NCBI GenBank assembly: GCA_964016885.1 | Contig: OZ024753.1 | Coordinates: 12,338,001 to 12,402,000 of the forward strand | Length of the DNA: 64,000 nucleotides | Source: Eledone cirrhosa | Lineage: Eukaryota | Direction: 5' to 3' | Part shown: positions 1 to 14,312 of the stretch, one piece after another | Numbering within the stretch: the stretch's first letter is position 1 | How the letters are laid out: every line of letters begins with the position of its first letter | Notes under the pieces: model-generated | Told to the model about the DNA's origin: nothing | Databases searched by the model: none | The model's input: only the letters and a program-made list of their open reading frames with translations | Position numbers and translations under genes: made by a program

Positions 1-577
1 TATATAGGTATATATATGTATATATATATATATAGGTATATATATGTATATATATATATAGGTATATATATGTATATATATATATATAGGTATATATATG
101 TATATATTTATATATAGATATATATATGTATGTATATATATGTATATATGTATATATATGTATATATGTATATATGTATATATATGTATATATATATATA
201 TAGTATATATATGTATATATATATAGGTATATATATGTATATATATATAGGTATATATATGTATATATATATAGGTATATATATGTATATATATATATAT
301 AGGTATATATATGTATATATATATAGGTATATATATGTATATATATATATAGGTATATATATGTATATATATATATATATAGGTATATATATGTATATAT
401 ATATATATAGGTATATATATGTATATATATATATATAGGTATATATATGTATATATATATATATAGGTATATATATGTATATATATATATATATAGGTAT
501 ATATATGTATATACATATATATAGGGATATATAGGTATATATATATATAGGTATATATATGTATATTATATATGTAT

Positions 578-734
578 ACCAACCGGAAATTTATAAATTC
601 CTTATAAATTTAAGTGAAACCAACTGGTGCGTGTGTTTCTTATTGACAACATGACCCTCCCAAATTATAACAATATCGGTTTCAACACACGTTTTCAGAT
701 AAAGAATCTTGCTAAACAAATTCAGAAACGAAAT
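578..734 (+). mobile_element. 5'-truncated copy of short Penelope-type repeat family 2
   Basis: Matches 57126-57303 (+) and 13755-13940 (-); ends ...CAGAAACGAAAT followed by (TA)n. Confidence 0.7.
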
Positions 735-1403
735 ATTATATATGTATATATATTATATATATATATAAATATATATTATATATGTATATATATATATAGG
801 TATGTATATATATATATATATATATATGTATCTAATATATATATATATGTATATTATATATATATATGTATATTATATATATGTATATTATATATATATA
901 TATGTATATTATATATATATATATGTATATTATATATATATATATGTATATGATATATATATATGTATATTATATATGTATATTATATATATATATATAT
1001 ATTATATATATATATATATATTATATATATATATATGTATATTATATATATATATATATATGTATATTATATATATATATATATGTATATTATATATATA
1101 TATGTATATTATATATATATATATGTATATTATATATATATATATGTATATTATATATATATATATGTATATTATATATATATATATGTATATATATATA
1201 GGTATATATATGTATATTATATATATATAGGTATATATATGTATATTATATATATATATGTATATATATATATAGGTATATATATGTATATTATATATAT
1301 ATATGTATATATATATATAGGTATATATATGTATATTATATATATATATGTATATATATATATAGGTATATATATGTATATTATATATATACATGTATAT
1401 ATA

Positions 1404-1630
1404 GGTATTCTAGTCGATCGACTTTCGTCAAATCGGACCGAGGAAACTATGTTTCCGTTGGTCTTTCCAATTGCTAATACTATCTATCGGTCGCAACTCC
1501 AGGTAGAAGGAGCAACGTGAAATAAAGTGTCTTGCTCAAGGACATAACGCATCGCCTGGTTCAGGAATCGAACTCACAACCTCACGATTGTGAATCCAAT
1601 ACTCTAACCACTCAGCCACACGCCTTCACT
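1404..1630 (-). mobile_element. tRNA-derived SINE, family B
   Basis: Minus strand reads GTGGCTGAGTGGTTAG (box A) ... GAGTTCGATTCC (box B), then GTCCTTGAGCAAGACACTT; second copy at ~22240-22785. Confidence 0.8.
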
Positions 1631-1775
1631 ATATATAGGTATATATATGTATATTATATATATATATGTATATATATATATATAGGTATATATATGTATA
1701 TTATATATGTATATATATATAGGTATATATCTGTATATTACATATGTATATATATATAGGTATATATATGTATAT

Positions 1776-1808
<33 letters not shown>

Positions 1809-1847
1809 GTATATATATATATATATAGGTATGTATATATAGGTATG

Positions 1848-1889
<42 letters not shown>

Positions 1890-1896
1890 TAGGTAT

Positions 1897-1941
<45 letters not shown>

Positions 1942-1949
1942 TATGTATG

Positions 1950-2034
<85 letters not shown>

Positions 2035-2177
2035 GTATATACATATATAAATATATACATATATATATATACATACTTATATAAATATATATATATATAT
2101 ATATACATACTTATATAAATATATATATATACATACTTATATAAATATATATATATATGTATATATATATACATACT

Positions 2178-2209
<32 letters not shown>

Positions 2210-2213
2210 CATA

Positions 2214-2249
<36 letters not shown>

Positions 2250-2287
2250 CTTATATAAATATATATATATATATATATATACATACT

Positions 2288-2351
<64 letters not shown>

Positions 2352-2353
2352 CT

Positions 2354-2387
<34 letters not shown>

Positions 2388-2429
2388 CTTATATAAATAT
2401 ATACATATATATATATATATATAGGTATG

Positions 2430-2482
<53 letters not shown>

Positions 2483-3076
2483 AAAGTACTTTGTTCTCGT
2501 GTCTGAGATTTTTTTAAAAGGAAATACAATGGGTTTTATATTTGACTTTTCCTACAATTATTTATTGTTCATCACGTTTAGTGTTGTATCACTAACGTTT
2601 ACTCTTATTCATCTAAACATTGTATTTCCTTATTGTTTGAAAATCTATGATAAGAATAAAATGAAATTAGCATTTTATCCCTTTAATGTTATTAAACATT
2701 TTCCTCAATTAGTAGTTTCAAGGAAATAAAGACAACAGTTCAAACACAATTTGTGTAGAGATCAACAACAATCAATTCTTATTTTTTTTTTGTTTCATTC
2801 TAATGTATATATATATTTATTAGTCGATCAGATTGTAGATTTACGACGAAACACTTTGATACCTAATAATCTGAAAATGTTTATCACATAAGTACTACAA
2901 TAACTCTAAAATAGAGTAATTGTTGTAGTCCCCGTAGACGAAATCACTTTAAATGTTATCAAACGCTTTGTGTTCTTAAACATAAGAAAAATAGAAAAAT
3001 ACTTTCACACCCGAATCCCGTTTCAACACCGTAAAACACCAGCGGCCTGTCTTTGCACATAAATATAAATAAATAA

Positions 3077-3115
<39 letters not shown>

Positions 3116-3313
3116 GATAAATCTACCAAAAGTTTACGGTAGTGTCCAATCCGTATGAAGAACTCAATGTAATCCGGATATCATTAAAAAGAGAAGATGC
3201 ATTCAAAAACTACTTTCGGTGAAAAATAAACGGAAAACAGAGTCAAGATAAATTATTAAAAAAATAATGAATAAACAAAGAAACAGTTCCTTATATTAAA
3301 CAAAGAAAAAAAA

Positions 3314-3346
<33 letters not shown>

Positions 3347-3349
<3 letters not shown>

Positions 3350-3660
3350 AAGAGGATATTCAATTTGTTGGTAATTCAACAAATATAAACGTTTATAACT
3401 GATTCAGAGCACTCGACAGCATTTTCTGAAGTATAATATTCAATGATATTAAATAAATGGAAACTATATTTATAAAACCATATTTATTCTATTATATATA
3501 TTTCAAGGGAACCAAAACATTGGTACGCTTTCATCAGATAAAATACAAAGTTTGTTTTATAAATTTTGACATAACCAAGAAAAGATACCTTAACGGAAAA
3601 CTTGAACCGTTAAGGTATATTTTCTTGGTTATGTCAAAATTCTACGAAGCAGAATTTCCA
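3347..3660 (-). mobile_element. Short Penelope-type repeat family 1 with hammerhead and fold-back hairpin (3562-3641)
   Basis: Homologous to 62814-63276; fragments at 3890-3985, 6158-6198 and 26905-26968; abuts (TA)n. Confidence 0.65.
3485..3545 (-). ncRNA. Minimal type I hammerhead ribozyme motif
   Basis: Minus strand: TATTTTAT-CTGATGA-stem II (AAG..ACCAA/TTGGT..CTT)-GAAA-TATATATA-ATAGAATA; 8-bp stem I, palindromic stem III. Confidence 0.75.
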
Positions 3661-4099
3661 AATGGAATATGTCTAATAAATCTTATTCGTCGCACTACTG
3701 ATTCTCCGTTTCTTATGTGATGTATATATATGTATATATATATGAATATAGAGGATAACGAGATATCGTTATAGGTAATCCAATTATTCTGTATTTCTGT
3801 GGTTTTGTTTTTGTGTGTGTGTATGTATATATATGTGTATATGTGTGTGTATATGTATATATGTATAAGGGTGTATGTATATGCATCATTACATATAGTG
3901 ATTTAATGATTATTTTCATTGATCTTTTGCTCCAGGAACTTGTTGAGTGCTCTAAATCTGCTATAAGCATTTATACCCTTTTCTAAATATATATTTTTTT
4001 ATTTATTATTTGTCGTATTCCCAACTTTTTATTTCCATTTTTATTTTTATTTTTATATATACAATATTTTTTTTTTATATATACAATATTTATTTTTTA

Positions 4100-5697
<1,598 letters not shown>

Positions 5698-6202
5698 CAA
5701 TAGAGAAAACGAGCGAGAGAGGGAGACAGAAATGTGTAAGTGTTTGTAAAATTAACGATCATTAAGCAATCACTATTGCCTTACTCAGGTTGTCAACTAA
5801 AATTTAAATATGACAGCCATTCAATTATTTTTGTATTATTTATATTACACTACAGCTTTCGTTATACGTGTGTGATTACACACTTCTATGGCTTCTCGTG
5901 TCAATTGTTTTCCTGCATAAGAGATTTTCCTTATCGTAATTTCTAATTCCACTCACATAATGCAACAGTATGTCAACAGAATAAAGATATATTCAATAAT
6001 AATTGACAAGTTAAGCACTAGTACAATTATTTCAATAATATGTGTTACATTCATGTAACTAACTTGAATATCCACACAGCTTCAAGTATGTGCGTATGTC
6101 TGTATATAGTCATGTATATAGCCATATATATCTGAAAGTATATATATATATATATATTGTATTCGTTGAGTAATCAACGAACCATACTAATCTTTGGTTA
6201 TA

Positions 6203-6253
<51 letters not shown>

Positions 6254-6659
6254 ATGTGTGTATGTATATATGTGTGTATTAGACGCGCGCGCACACACAC
6301 ACACACATACACCGGCACACACACACACACACTCACAAAAATAACATACACCGGCACACACACAAAAACACACACAGCCACACACAGAAAGACATACACA
6401 GGCTGACGCAAAGACACACGCATACACACACACACACAATACTGAGATGACGAAGTCAGATAACAGAAGGAAGAATGAGTAGAGGAAGAAATCAAAAACG
6501 AAAAAAAAACAAGTCATTTTGTAATGTTGCTAATATTTATTTTGCCGTTATATTTCGTGTAATCAATCGATTCTAGTGGGCGTTGTGATAAAATAATTGA
6601 TTTTCACGTAAAGGCTCCTCTCCCTCGAGGTACGCCGCCCTACCTCCTTATGTATCTAT

Positions 6660-7143
6660 CTTATTTAATCCGGCCGAGTTTACACTCGCAAATAAGAAGA
6701 AGCAGGGCCGCCTCTAGGAGCCTTGGATTTGGTGTACTCCATATTTGTTCCGGTTGCTGAATACAATTAGGGATCGCTGCTTCTCCTGAATGTCAATAAT
6801 TCCCTTGTAATTCGAGCGGTAGCCCCTTTGCATAGTCAATTTACATTGATCATTTGCAAAGCCGAATTTTTCTCAGAACCACGACACAAGTCTTTCGATG
6901 TGTACAGCTGGAACTACTGCCACCCATTGATTTGGCGGGATTTCCTTTTTAGATGGCCCTTGACACTTATGAGTTCTTCCGCCCTCTGTCAGGTTTTCTT
7001 TTTTTGTCTTGCAGAATGTCCAAAATCACCCTCCTTACCAAGTAAACTTGGTGGGGTTGCCGGTTTAATCGCCGACGACCCGATCATGCAACAGGTTGTA
7101 CTAGGTTACATGCTACCAGTACTACTCGAGAGTGACCTGACAT
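6660..7143 (-). mobile_element. Non-autonomous bipartite RTE-derived retroelement (RTE 5' region joined to RTE 3' end)
   Basis: 5' ~190 nt match 10519 and 11393 copies; 3' end 6671-6692 matches the RTE terminus 39274-39295 at 21/22 nt. Confidence 0.7.
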
Positions 7144-7500
7144 CTAGACTGTATTATAGCATTATCCGGCGGCCTCAGCCGAAATGGACTCAACAATTGA
7201 TCTCCACGTGGGTCTGTCGTTTATTGATGTTGCCAAGACCTGGATTTCAATACCTGAATCTCTGGAGATAATACCGAGATAGATCTTGCGCCCCCTGATA
7301 CTATATAATCGGTTACTAAGACAGTGATTATCTAAGATGTTTCTTGTGTACAAGAATAGAACTACGGTCCCAGACAATGTAGACAACCGTTCTCCAATTC
7401 TACCATCAAATTTCATGTGGAACGTGGACAAGTTTAGTTACTGATTGTCCGAAATTATATGCCTTGTTCCTAAATCTTCTAATACCTATCCTTGAAATAT

Positions 7501-8220
7501 CCTTATGAGTCATACCTGTCCATGATATTTCCTTATCCACCATACCTGTCCTTGGTACTTCCTTATCCACCATACCTGTCCTTGGTACTTCCTTATCCAC
7601 CATACCTGTCCATGATATTTCCTTATCCACCATACCTGTCCTTGGTACTTCCTTATTCACCATACCTGTCCTTGGTACTTCCTTATCCACCATACCTGTC
7701 CATGATATTTCCTTATACACCATACCTGTCCTTGGTACTTCCTTATCCACCATACCTGTCCTTGGTACTTCCTTATCCACCATACCTGTCCTTGGTACTT
7801 CCTTATCCACCATACCTGTCTTTGGTACTTCCTTATCCACCATACCTGTCTTTGGTACTTACGTATCCACCATACCTGTCTTTGGTACTTCCTTATCCAC
7901 CATACCTGTCTTTGGTACTTACGTATCCACCATACCTGTCTTTGGTACTTCCTTATCCACCATACCTGTCTTTGGTACTTCCTTATCCACCATACCTGTC
8001 TTTGGTACTTACGTATCCACCATACCTGTCTTTGGTACTTCCTTATCCACCATACCTGTCTTTGGTACTTCCTTATCCACCATACCTGTCTTTGGTACTT
8101 ACGTATCCACCATACCTGTCTATGGTACTTCCTTATCCACCATACCTCTCCTTCCTACTTCCTTATCCACCATACCTGGCCTTCCCACTTCCTTATCCAC
8201 TATACCTGTCATAGGTACTG
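7501..8220. repeat. 30-bp minisatellite, 24 units (CCTTATCCACCATACCTGTCYTTGGTACTT)
   Basis: Exact 30-bp phasing visible across lines. Confidence 0.97.
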
Positions 8221-8960
8221 CCTTTATCGCAACACCAAACAAACACACAGTCGAGCTGTTTTCCGTATTAATGTACAAACATGCTGTCATTTGTTCGGCC
8301 CTTTGTGACACTTTCTTATGACTACTACCGTATAACCCCAGCGTGAGTCTAGTATGTAGTCAAACCTTAATGCTAATATAGTGTATACAGCTCAGGCTGT
8401 TTTTAAACACCCAGAGTAGTCTGAATATATGATGCAAGATGAAGCGTAGACGGCGACATCATTGAAATTGCCCAGTTTATGCTTCTCTTATTGCGAAATT
8501 CCAGCCAACCGATCATCTCTCGGTGGACCTCATTAAATTGGCATATATACCAGATGATGAACATTGTAATCTAACACGAAGTAGCATAATTCTCATCGAC
8601 CGCCATTGTAAGTGTTGGTAATCGATATATGCTGATACCCGGCAGTTCATCAATCATCGTATACTTCGACACAATGGCGCCGTTTTGCAATAGATTATTG
8701 ACCGCTTTATTGATGCAATCCACTTTGATCCGTTCCCGCTCTAGGAATGTTATACCGTAACCCACTAAAAATCTCAAGTGCCTAAATCTGAGACTAAGCT
8801 ACTAAAGACCAATGCAATTGAAAAATAAATATGATAGCTATTGAATGTGGAAAGTGATATATGTAATATGGGTAAAACAATACACAATGGATGGTAAGGT
8901 AAAGGCAACGAAAAAGTTAGTTAACTGGTGACCTTTGTTTGATTTATTCTTTCTTTCGTT

Positions 8961-9435
8961 CTAACATATCGGGACTTCGTCAGAGTATACTTCTTCTTCG
9001 GCCAAGTTTCTCCAATCGTCCCGGTCGAGCAAGACATTTCTCAATTCATCGATGTTATCAATGTTGGCATCTCTCAGCAGGGTATCAATGAATGAGACGG
9101 CAAGTCTTTCCACGTTTCTTCGTCCGACCGCCGGTTTCCAGAGCACAAGTTGCGATGCTATCTCTTCTGGATGACGGATGCAGTGCCCAGCCAGTTTCAT
9201 TTGTCTGCGGGCAACTTTTTTTATGAGACCGGTGGTAGTGATCTGTATAGTTGCTTATTTGTCAGCTTCTGTTTCCAAGAAATGTTGAGAGCCATTCTTA
9301 ACATCCTTGTGTAACATCCGTCAAGTCTGTTGCATAGCACTTTGTTAATAGTCCACGTTTCACTGCCGTAAAGCAGGACGGACTCAACAGTTGCTAGGAA
9401 GAGGCGCGCCTTGATTTTGCGGTTTATGTCGTTTT
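8961..9435 (-). mobile_element. RTE-clade LINE 3' fragment (post-RT C-terminus)
   Basis: Translates FLATVESVLLYGSETW..RLDGCYTRMLR..LAGHCIRHPEE..DRDDWR. Confidence 0.88.
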
Positions 9436-9785
9436 AGACTTCCTAGCAACTGTCAGAGTACAGGCAACTCTCAGAGAAAACCATTCTCAAATTCCTGAGA
9501 ATGTTGCACATCCACGCGTTATATCTGCCATAAATATAAAGCAAAATACGAAACAAAGAATATATTTCTGAATTCCTCACTACAATAAACTGTTAATGAC
9601 TGAAGCAACGCTCACATCTCAGCACATACCTAATATAAAGACGCCGATGACTAACGCTAATTACAAATAAGCAGCAACATAATAATGTATACTTCTTCCT
9701 TTTGGCTCCGTAACTCCAGAGAGAGTGATAGGGGCACCGTGTTGACATACGGGGGGACCCATCCCTCTCCAGGTCTGAACACAGC

Positions 9786-9960
9786 AGAGAAGAATCGAAA
9801 GAGAAGAATCGAAAGAGAAGAATAGAAAGAGTGCGAGGAGAGACAGAGTGCGAGGAGAGACAGAGTGGGAGGACAGACAGAGTGGGAGGAGAGACAGAGT
9901 GGGAGGAGAGACAGAGTGGGAGACTAGAAAGAATGGGCGGAGAGAGAGAATGCGGGAATG
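9786..9960. repeat. Purine-rich short-unit minisatellite
   Basis: GAGAAGAATCGAAA x3, then GAGTGSGAGGAGAGACA-like units. Confidence 0.8.
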
Positions 9961-10009
9961 GAAAGAGTGGCAAGGATAGAAGTGAGAAAGAGATATAGAG
10001 GAAGAATCG

Positions 10010-10139
10010 ATCTCAGTACTAGACTGGTACTTTTTTTTATCGAACTCGAATGGACGAAAGGCAACATTGACCTGGGTGGTATTTGAACCCGGCAAAGCAT
10101 TCTATCCGACGTCCTAACGATTTTGCCGATTCACCGCCT
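10010..10139 (-). mobile_element. SINE family A, diverged copy
   Basis: Reverse complement of GCCTTTCRTCC..TCGATAAAA..GTACCAGT core. Confidence 0.7.
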
Positions 10140-10365
10140 TCCTATAATATATACATGTAATGTTATCAAAAATATCCGTAGGTAATATCATCGGTCCTGC
10201 CTAGAGAGAAGAGGACACTGTGAAAGTCTAGAAACATTGATGTCAAAATAAGACACTGTAAAGTTGTTAACTTCTCCAACTTAGTTTTAAAAAGTTATGA
10301 AAGCTGTAAGTTTTGGTTGGCAGTCCAACATTGGAACGCCGTATACATATATGTATATACACATG

Positions 10366-10419
<54 letters not shown>

Positions 10420-10518
10420 CATGTATGTATATATATATGTATATATACATACATGTATGTATATATATATGTATATATACATACATGTATGTATATATAC
10501 ATGTATATATATACATGT

Positions 10519-11131
10519 ATGTCAGGTCACCAGTTGGTGCTACTGGTAACATGTATCCCAGGACAACCTGTCGCATGGTCGAGTCGTTGGCGACTAAACT
10601 GGCAACCCCACCAAGGTTTCTTGGTGAGGAGGGTGACTTTGGACTTCCTGCAGGACTAAAAACAAAACCTGTCAAGGCGCAAAGGAGCTCTTAAGAGTCA
10701 ATGGCCATCCAAAATCACTGGGAGAGATGACCCCTTAGCCTTTGTCAAGGCAGAATTCTAGGAGAAGGAAAACTCTGATATAACACCTGCAAACTTGATG
10801 GTATCCAATGATGTTGACTTGTTATTCATTTTGGTAAATATCATCTTGGTTAAGAGAGTGGGACTGGCTTTGTGCAGTGCATTTGCTCACTTTAAAAGCT
10901 TCACGGCACAGGCATTGCTTTATATCTGGAGATCTCTCTGCACTCAGTGCTGGGCCCATGGTACCATGTGACGCTATGTGTCAATAATTGTCACAAGTGT
11001 AGTGTTTGTACCAGAGTTTTCAAGTCGCTGGCTGGACTAAAAAGTCACACTCGTTTAGCACATCGGTGAGGGTTCTCCTACATGGATATAAAGTAGTGGC
11101 CGTACTCGAAAACGAGTTGGCAGCCACCATA
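10519..11131 (+). mobile_element. Non-autonomous RTE-5'UTR-like element, copy A
   Basis: ~610 bp, near-duplicate at 11393; contains CTAGGAGAAGGAAAACTCTGA, recalled as RTE 5'UTR-like; 3' stem-loop GTGGC..CTCG/CGAG..GCCAC; flanked by TA-rich microsatellite. Confidence 0.7.
10525..10603 (+). ncRNA. HDV-like ribozyme fold (decayed copy; sisters at 11399-11477 + and 7059-7137 -)
   Basis: Three-copy consensus: P1 GGTCA/TGRTC, P2 CCAGT/ACTGG, L3 ACC with GG for P1.1, P4 TCG/CGA, J4/2 CTAA. Confidence 0.55.
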
Positions 11132-11392
11132 TACATGTATGTATATATATATATATATGTATATATACATGTATGTATATATGTATATATACATGTATGT
11201 ATATATATATGTATATATATACATGTATATATACATGTATGTATATATATATACATATGTATATATACATGTATGTATATATATATATATATATATGTAT
11301 GTATATATATATATATGTATATATACATGTATGTATATATATATCTATATCTATATATATATACATGTATATATATATATATGTATATATAC

Positions 11393-12203
11393 ATGTCAGG
11401 TCACCAGTTGGTGCTACTGGTAACATGTATGCCAGTACAACCTGTCTCATCGTCGGGTCGTTGGCGACTAAACTGGCAGCCCCACCAAGGTTTCTTGGTG
11501 AGGAGGGTGACTTTGGACATCCTGCAGGACTAAAAACAAAACCTGTCAAAGGGCAAAGGAGCTCTTAAGAGTCAATGGCCATCCAAAATCACCGGGAGAG
11601 ATGACGCCTTTGCCAAGGCAGAATTCTAGGTGAAGGAAAACTCTGATATAACACCTGCAACCCTGATGGTATCCGATGATGTTGACGTGTTCTTCTTTTT
11701 GCTAAATATCATATTGGTTAAGAGAGTGGGACTGGCTTTGTGCAGCTAAAGAACTGCGAAGCAACGTATCTTTAAAATATATTAATTGAAATATATAAAC
11801 ATTTCTAATTAATCACTCACCCGAGAAACATTAAATAATTTAGTAAAGACGCTATTACATTCCAATTATGGAGAAAAACAAAAGTTCCTTTTGATAAACT
11901 CAGCTGATTAATACCGTTCGTTATTACTGGATGATTGATGACTTTATTTACCGATCAAGTATCTATAAAAGCTTCACGGCACAGGCATTGCTTTATATCT
12001 GGAGATCTCTCTGCACTCAGCGTCACATGGTACCATGGGCCCAGCACTATGTGTCAATAATTGTCACAGGTGTAGTGTTTGTACCGGAGTTTTCAAGTCG
12101 CTGGCTGGACTAAAAAGTCACACTCGTTCAGCGGATCGGTAGGAGTTCTCCTACATGGATATAACGTAGTGGCCGTACTCGAAAACGAGTTGGCAGCCAC
12201 CAT
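11393..12203 (+). mobile_element. Non-autonomous RTE-5'UTR-like element, copy B, with ~220-bp insertion
   Basis: Aligns to 10519-11131 apart from insert 11743-11964. Confidence 0.75.
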
Positions 12204-12211
12204 ATATATAT

Positions 12212-12490
12212 GTTATTATACTTAGGGAGGGTTATATTGTTGTAATAATAATGCCAGAAATAATAACAGAACACACTCCCTCTTTCGTTGGTTGTCGCTT
12301 CTGTATTTTTTATATCTCTATAGTCAATTTATTCGGCAATCAATGTTAATCATTGATTGACCAACGGTTAAAAATACAGATATAAATATATATATATAGT
12401 CTAACAAAGTTATTTCGTTGCACATCTGCAACATCATCAGTGGTACTATTGTGTTCCTTCCTGTAGGATTGTATGTCTACGCTATTTGTG
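12212..12490 (-). mobile_element. Penelope-type repeat related to family 2
   Basis: Same order on the minus strand: hammerhead, then ACCCTCCCNAAGTATAA motif; also matches 48024-48107. Confidence 0.6.
12402..12445 (-). ncRNA. Minimal hammerhead ribozyme motif
   Basis: TACCA-CTGATGA-T-GTTGCA gatg TGCAAC-GAAA-TAAC-TT-TGTTA; stem I has one mismatch. Confidence 0.65.
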
Positions 12491-12532
12491 TATATATATA
12501 TACACGTATATATATAAATATATATAGAGAAA

Positions 12533-12619
<87 letters not shown>

Positions 12620-12744
12620 ATATATATGTGTGTGTGTATATATATGTGTGTGTATATATATATATATGTGTGTGTATATATATATATATATGTGTGTGTA
12701 TATATATATATATGTGTGTGTGTATATATATATATATGTGTGTG

Positions 12745-12799
<55 letters not shown>

Positions 12800-13222
12800 G
12801 TGTATATATATATATACGCATACATGTGTGTATATATATATATACACATACATGTGTGTATATATATATATACATGTGTGTGTGTATATATATATATATA
12901 TATACATGTGTATATGTGTATATATATATATACATGTGTATATATATATACATGTGTATATATATGTGTATATACATATGTTTTTATATATATATATATA
13001 TACATGTGTATATGTATATATATATGTGTGTATATATATATATGTTTATATGTGTATATATATACATATGTATATATATATATATATATGTGTGTGTATA
13101 TACATATATGTTTATATGCATATATATATATATGTGTGTGTGTGTGTGTAGTATACATATATGTATATATATATTTTATATGCATATATATACATGTGTG
13201 TGTGTGTGTACTATATATATAT
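12491..13222. repeat. (TA)n/(TG)n compound microsatellite
   Basis: Directly visible. Confidence 0.95.
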
Positions 13223-13323
13223 CTCACACAATATTGGGAAGCTTTCAGCTAAAGAACTGCGAAGCTACGTATCTTTAAAATATATTAATTGAAATATATA
13301 AACATTTCTAATTAATCACTCAC

Positions 13324-13575
13324 CCGAGAAACATTAAATAATTTAGTAAAGACGCTATTACATTCCAATTATGGAGAAAAACAAAAGTTCCTTTTGATAA
13401 ACTCAGCTGATTAATACCGTTCGTTATTACTGGATGATTGATGACTTTATTTACCGATCAAGTATCTTCAATTAGATAGAGATGATTAAAATGAGAAAAT
13501 AAATTGATTAATAATATAATAAATTAATCTTCCAGAAATGATAATTTTTTGTTATGTCTTCACGGTTCCATTTAC
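13324..13575 (-). other. Candidate exon, mostly non-coding
   Basis: Acceptor TTCTATATTTAG| and donor CGG|GTGAGT; stops in all three frames. Confidence 0.3.
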
Positions 13576-13754
13576 CTAAATATAGAAACCTTGATGGGAG
13601 TATTTAGATTGATCACAGTTTGATGAATCATAGAATTTCTTTTCTGAATATTTGTTTATATTTTATATAAAATTATATTGAAAATATATTTGTTCAAATC
13701 ATACGTCATTCAAAATAGTAAACATCGATTATATATATATATATATATATATAT

Positions 13755-14070
13755 ATTTCGTTTCTGAATTTGTTTGACAAGATTCTTTATCTGAAATCGT
13801 GTGTTGAAACCGATATTGTTATACTTTGGGAGGGTCATGTTGCCAATAAGAAACACACGCACCAGTTGCTTTCACTTCAATTTATTATATATTTATAAAT
13901 TTACAAGTTTATAAATTTATAAATTTCTGGTTGGTTGGTTGGTTCCACAACCAGATAGTTGTTTATATATAGTCATAGTCCTTTCGTCACACACTCTGTG
14001 ACCTCTTCAGTGACTGGGGATTCCTTTCTTTGTTTCTGTGCCTCTCCTTTGTTCTGTCCTACGCCATTTT
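13755..14070 (-). mobile_element. Penelope-type repeat family 2
   Basis: Reverse-complement match to ~57000-57303; (TA)n on both sides. Confidence 0.75.
13971..14015 (-). ncRNA. Minimal hammerhead ribozyme motif
   Basis: AGTCA-CTGAAGA-G-GTCAC agagtgt GTGAC-GAAA-GGAC-TA-TGACT. Confidence 0.7.
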
Positions 14071-14312
14071 GTATATATATATATATATATACATTTCAAG
14101 TTATCAATAATGTAGTGATAATATATCGTCACGTTAGAGATGAACAGCGTACGTGTAGGTTTGCTCAACGAGTATAAATTATATTCCGGAGAAAATGTAG
14201 AAAAGATGAATATAAAATGAAAGTGCTTTTATAAAGGAATTTATTAGGTATTGACATATGTTTCTGTAACAGACGGAATACCTATGTATCGCTGCTTATA
14301 TATATATATATA

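Larger units (their letters stand above)
1..2480. repeat. Compound (TA)n microsatellite with GG/G/C interruptions, containing two embedded elements
   Basis: Directly visible; source of the YI/MY low-complexity ORFs. Confidence 0.95.

Noticed and set aside
1550-1628. tRNA gene
   Set aside because: Continues into a SINE body with a second diverged copy; it is a SINE head
7492-8214. 240-aa PYPPYLSLVL extensin-like CDS
   Set aside because: Confined to the minisatellite, TTG start, no unique domain or signal peptide
14250-14297. GAAAC-ATAT-GTC half-hammerhead (also ~49925 and ~50473)
   Set aside because: No CTGANGA or stem I could be placed
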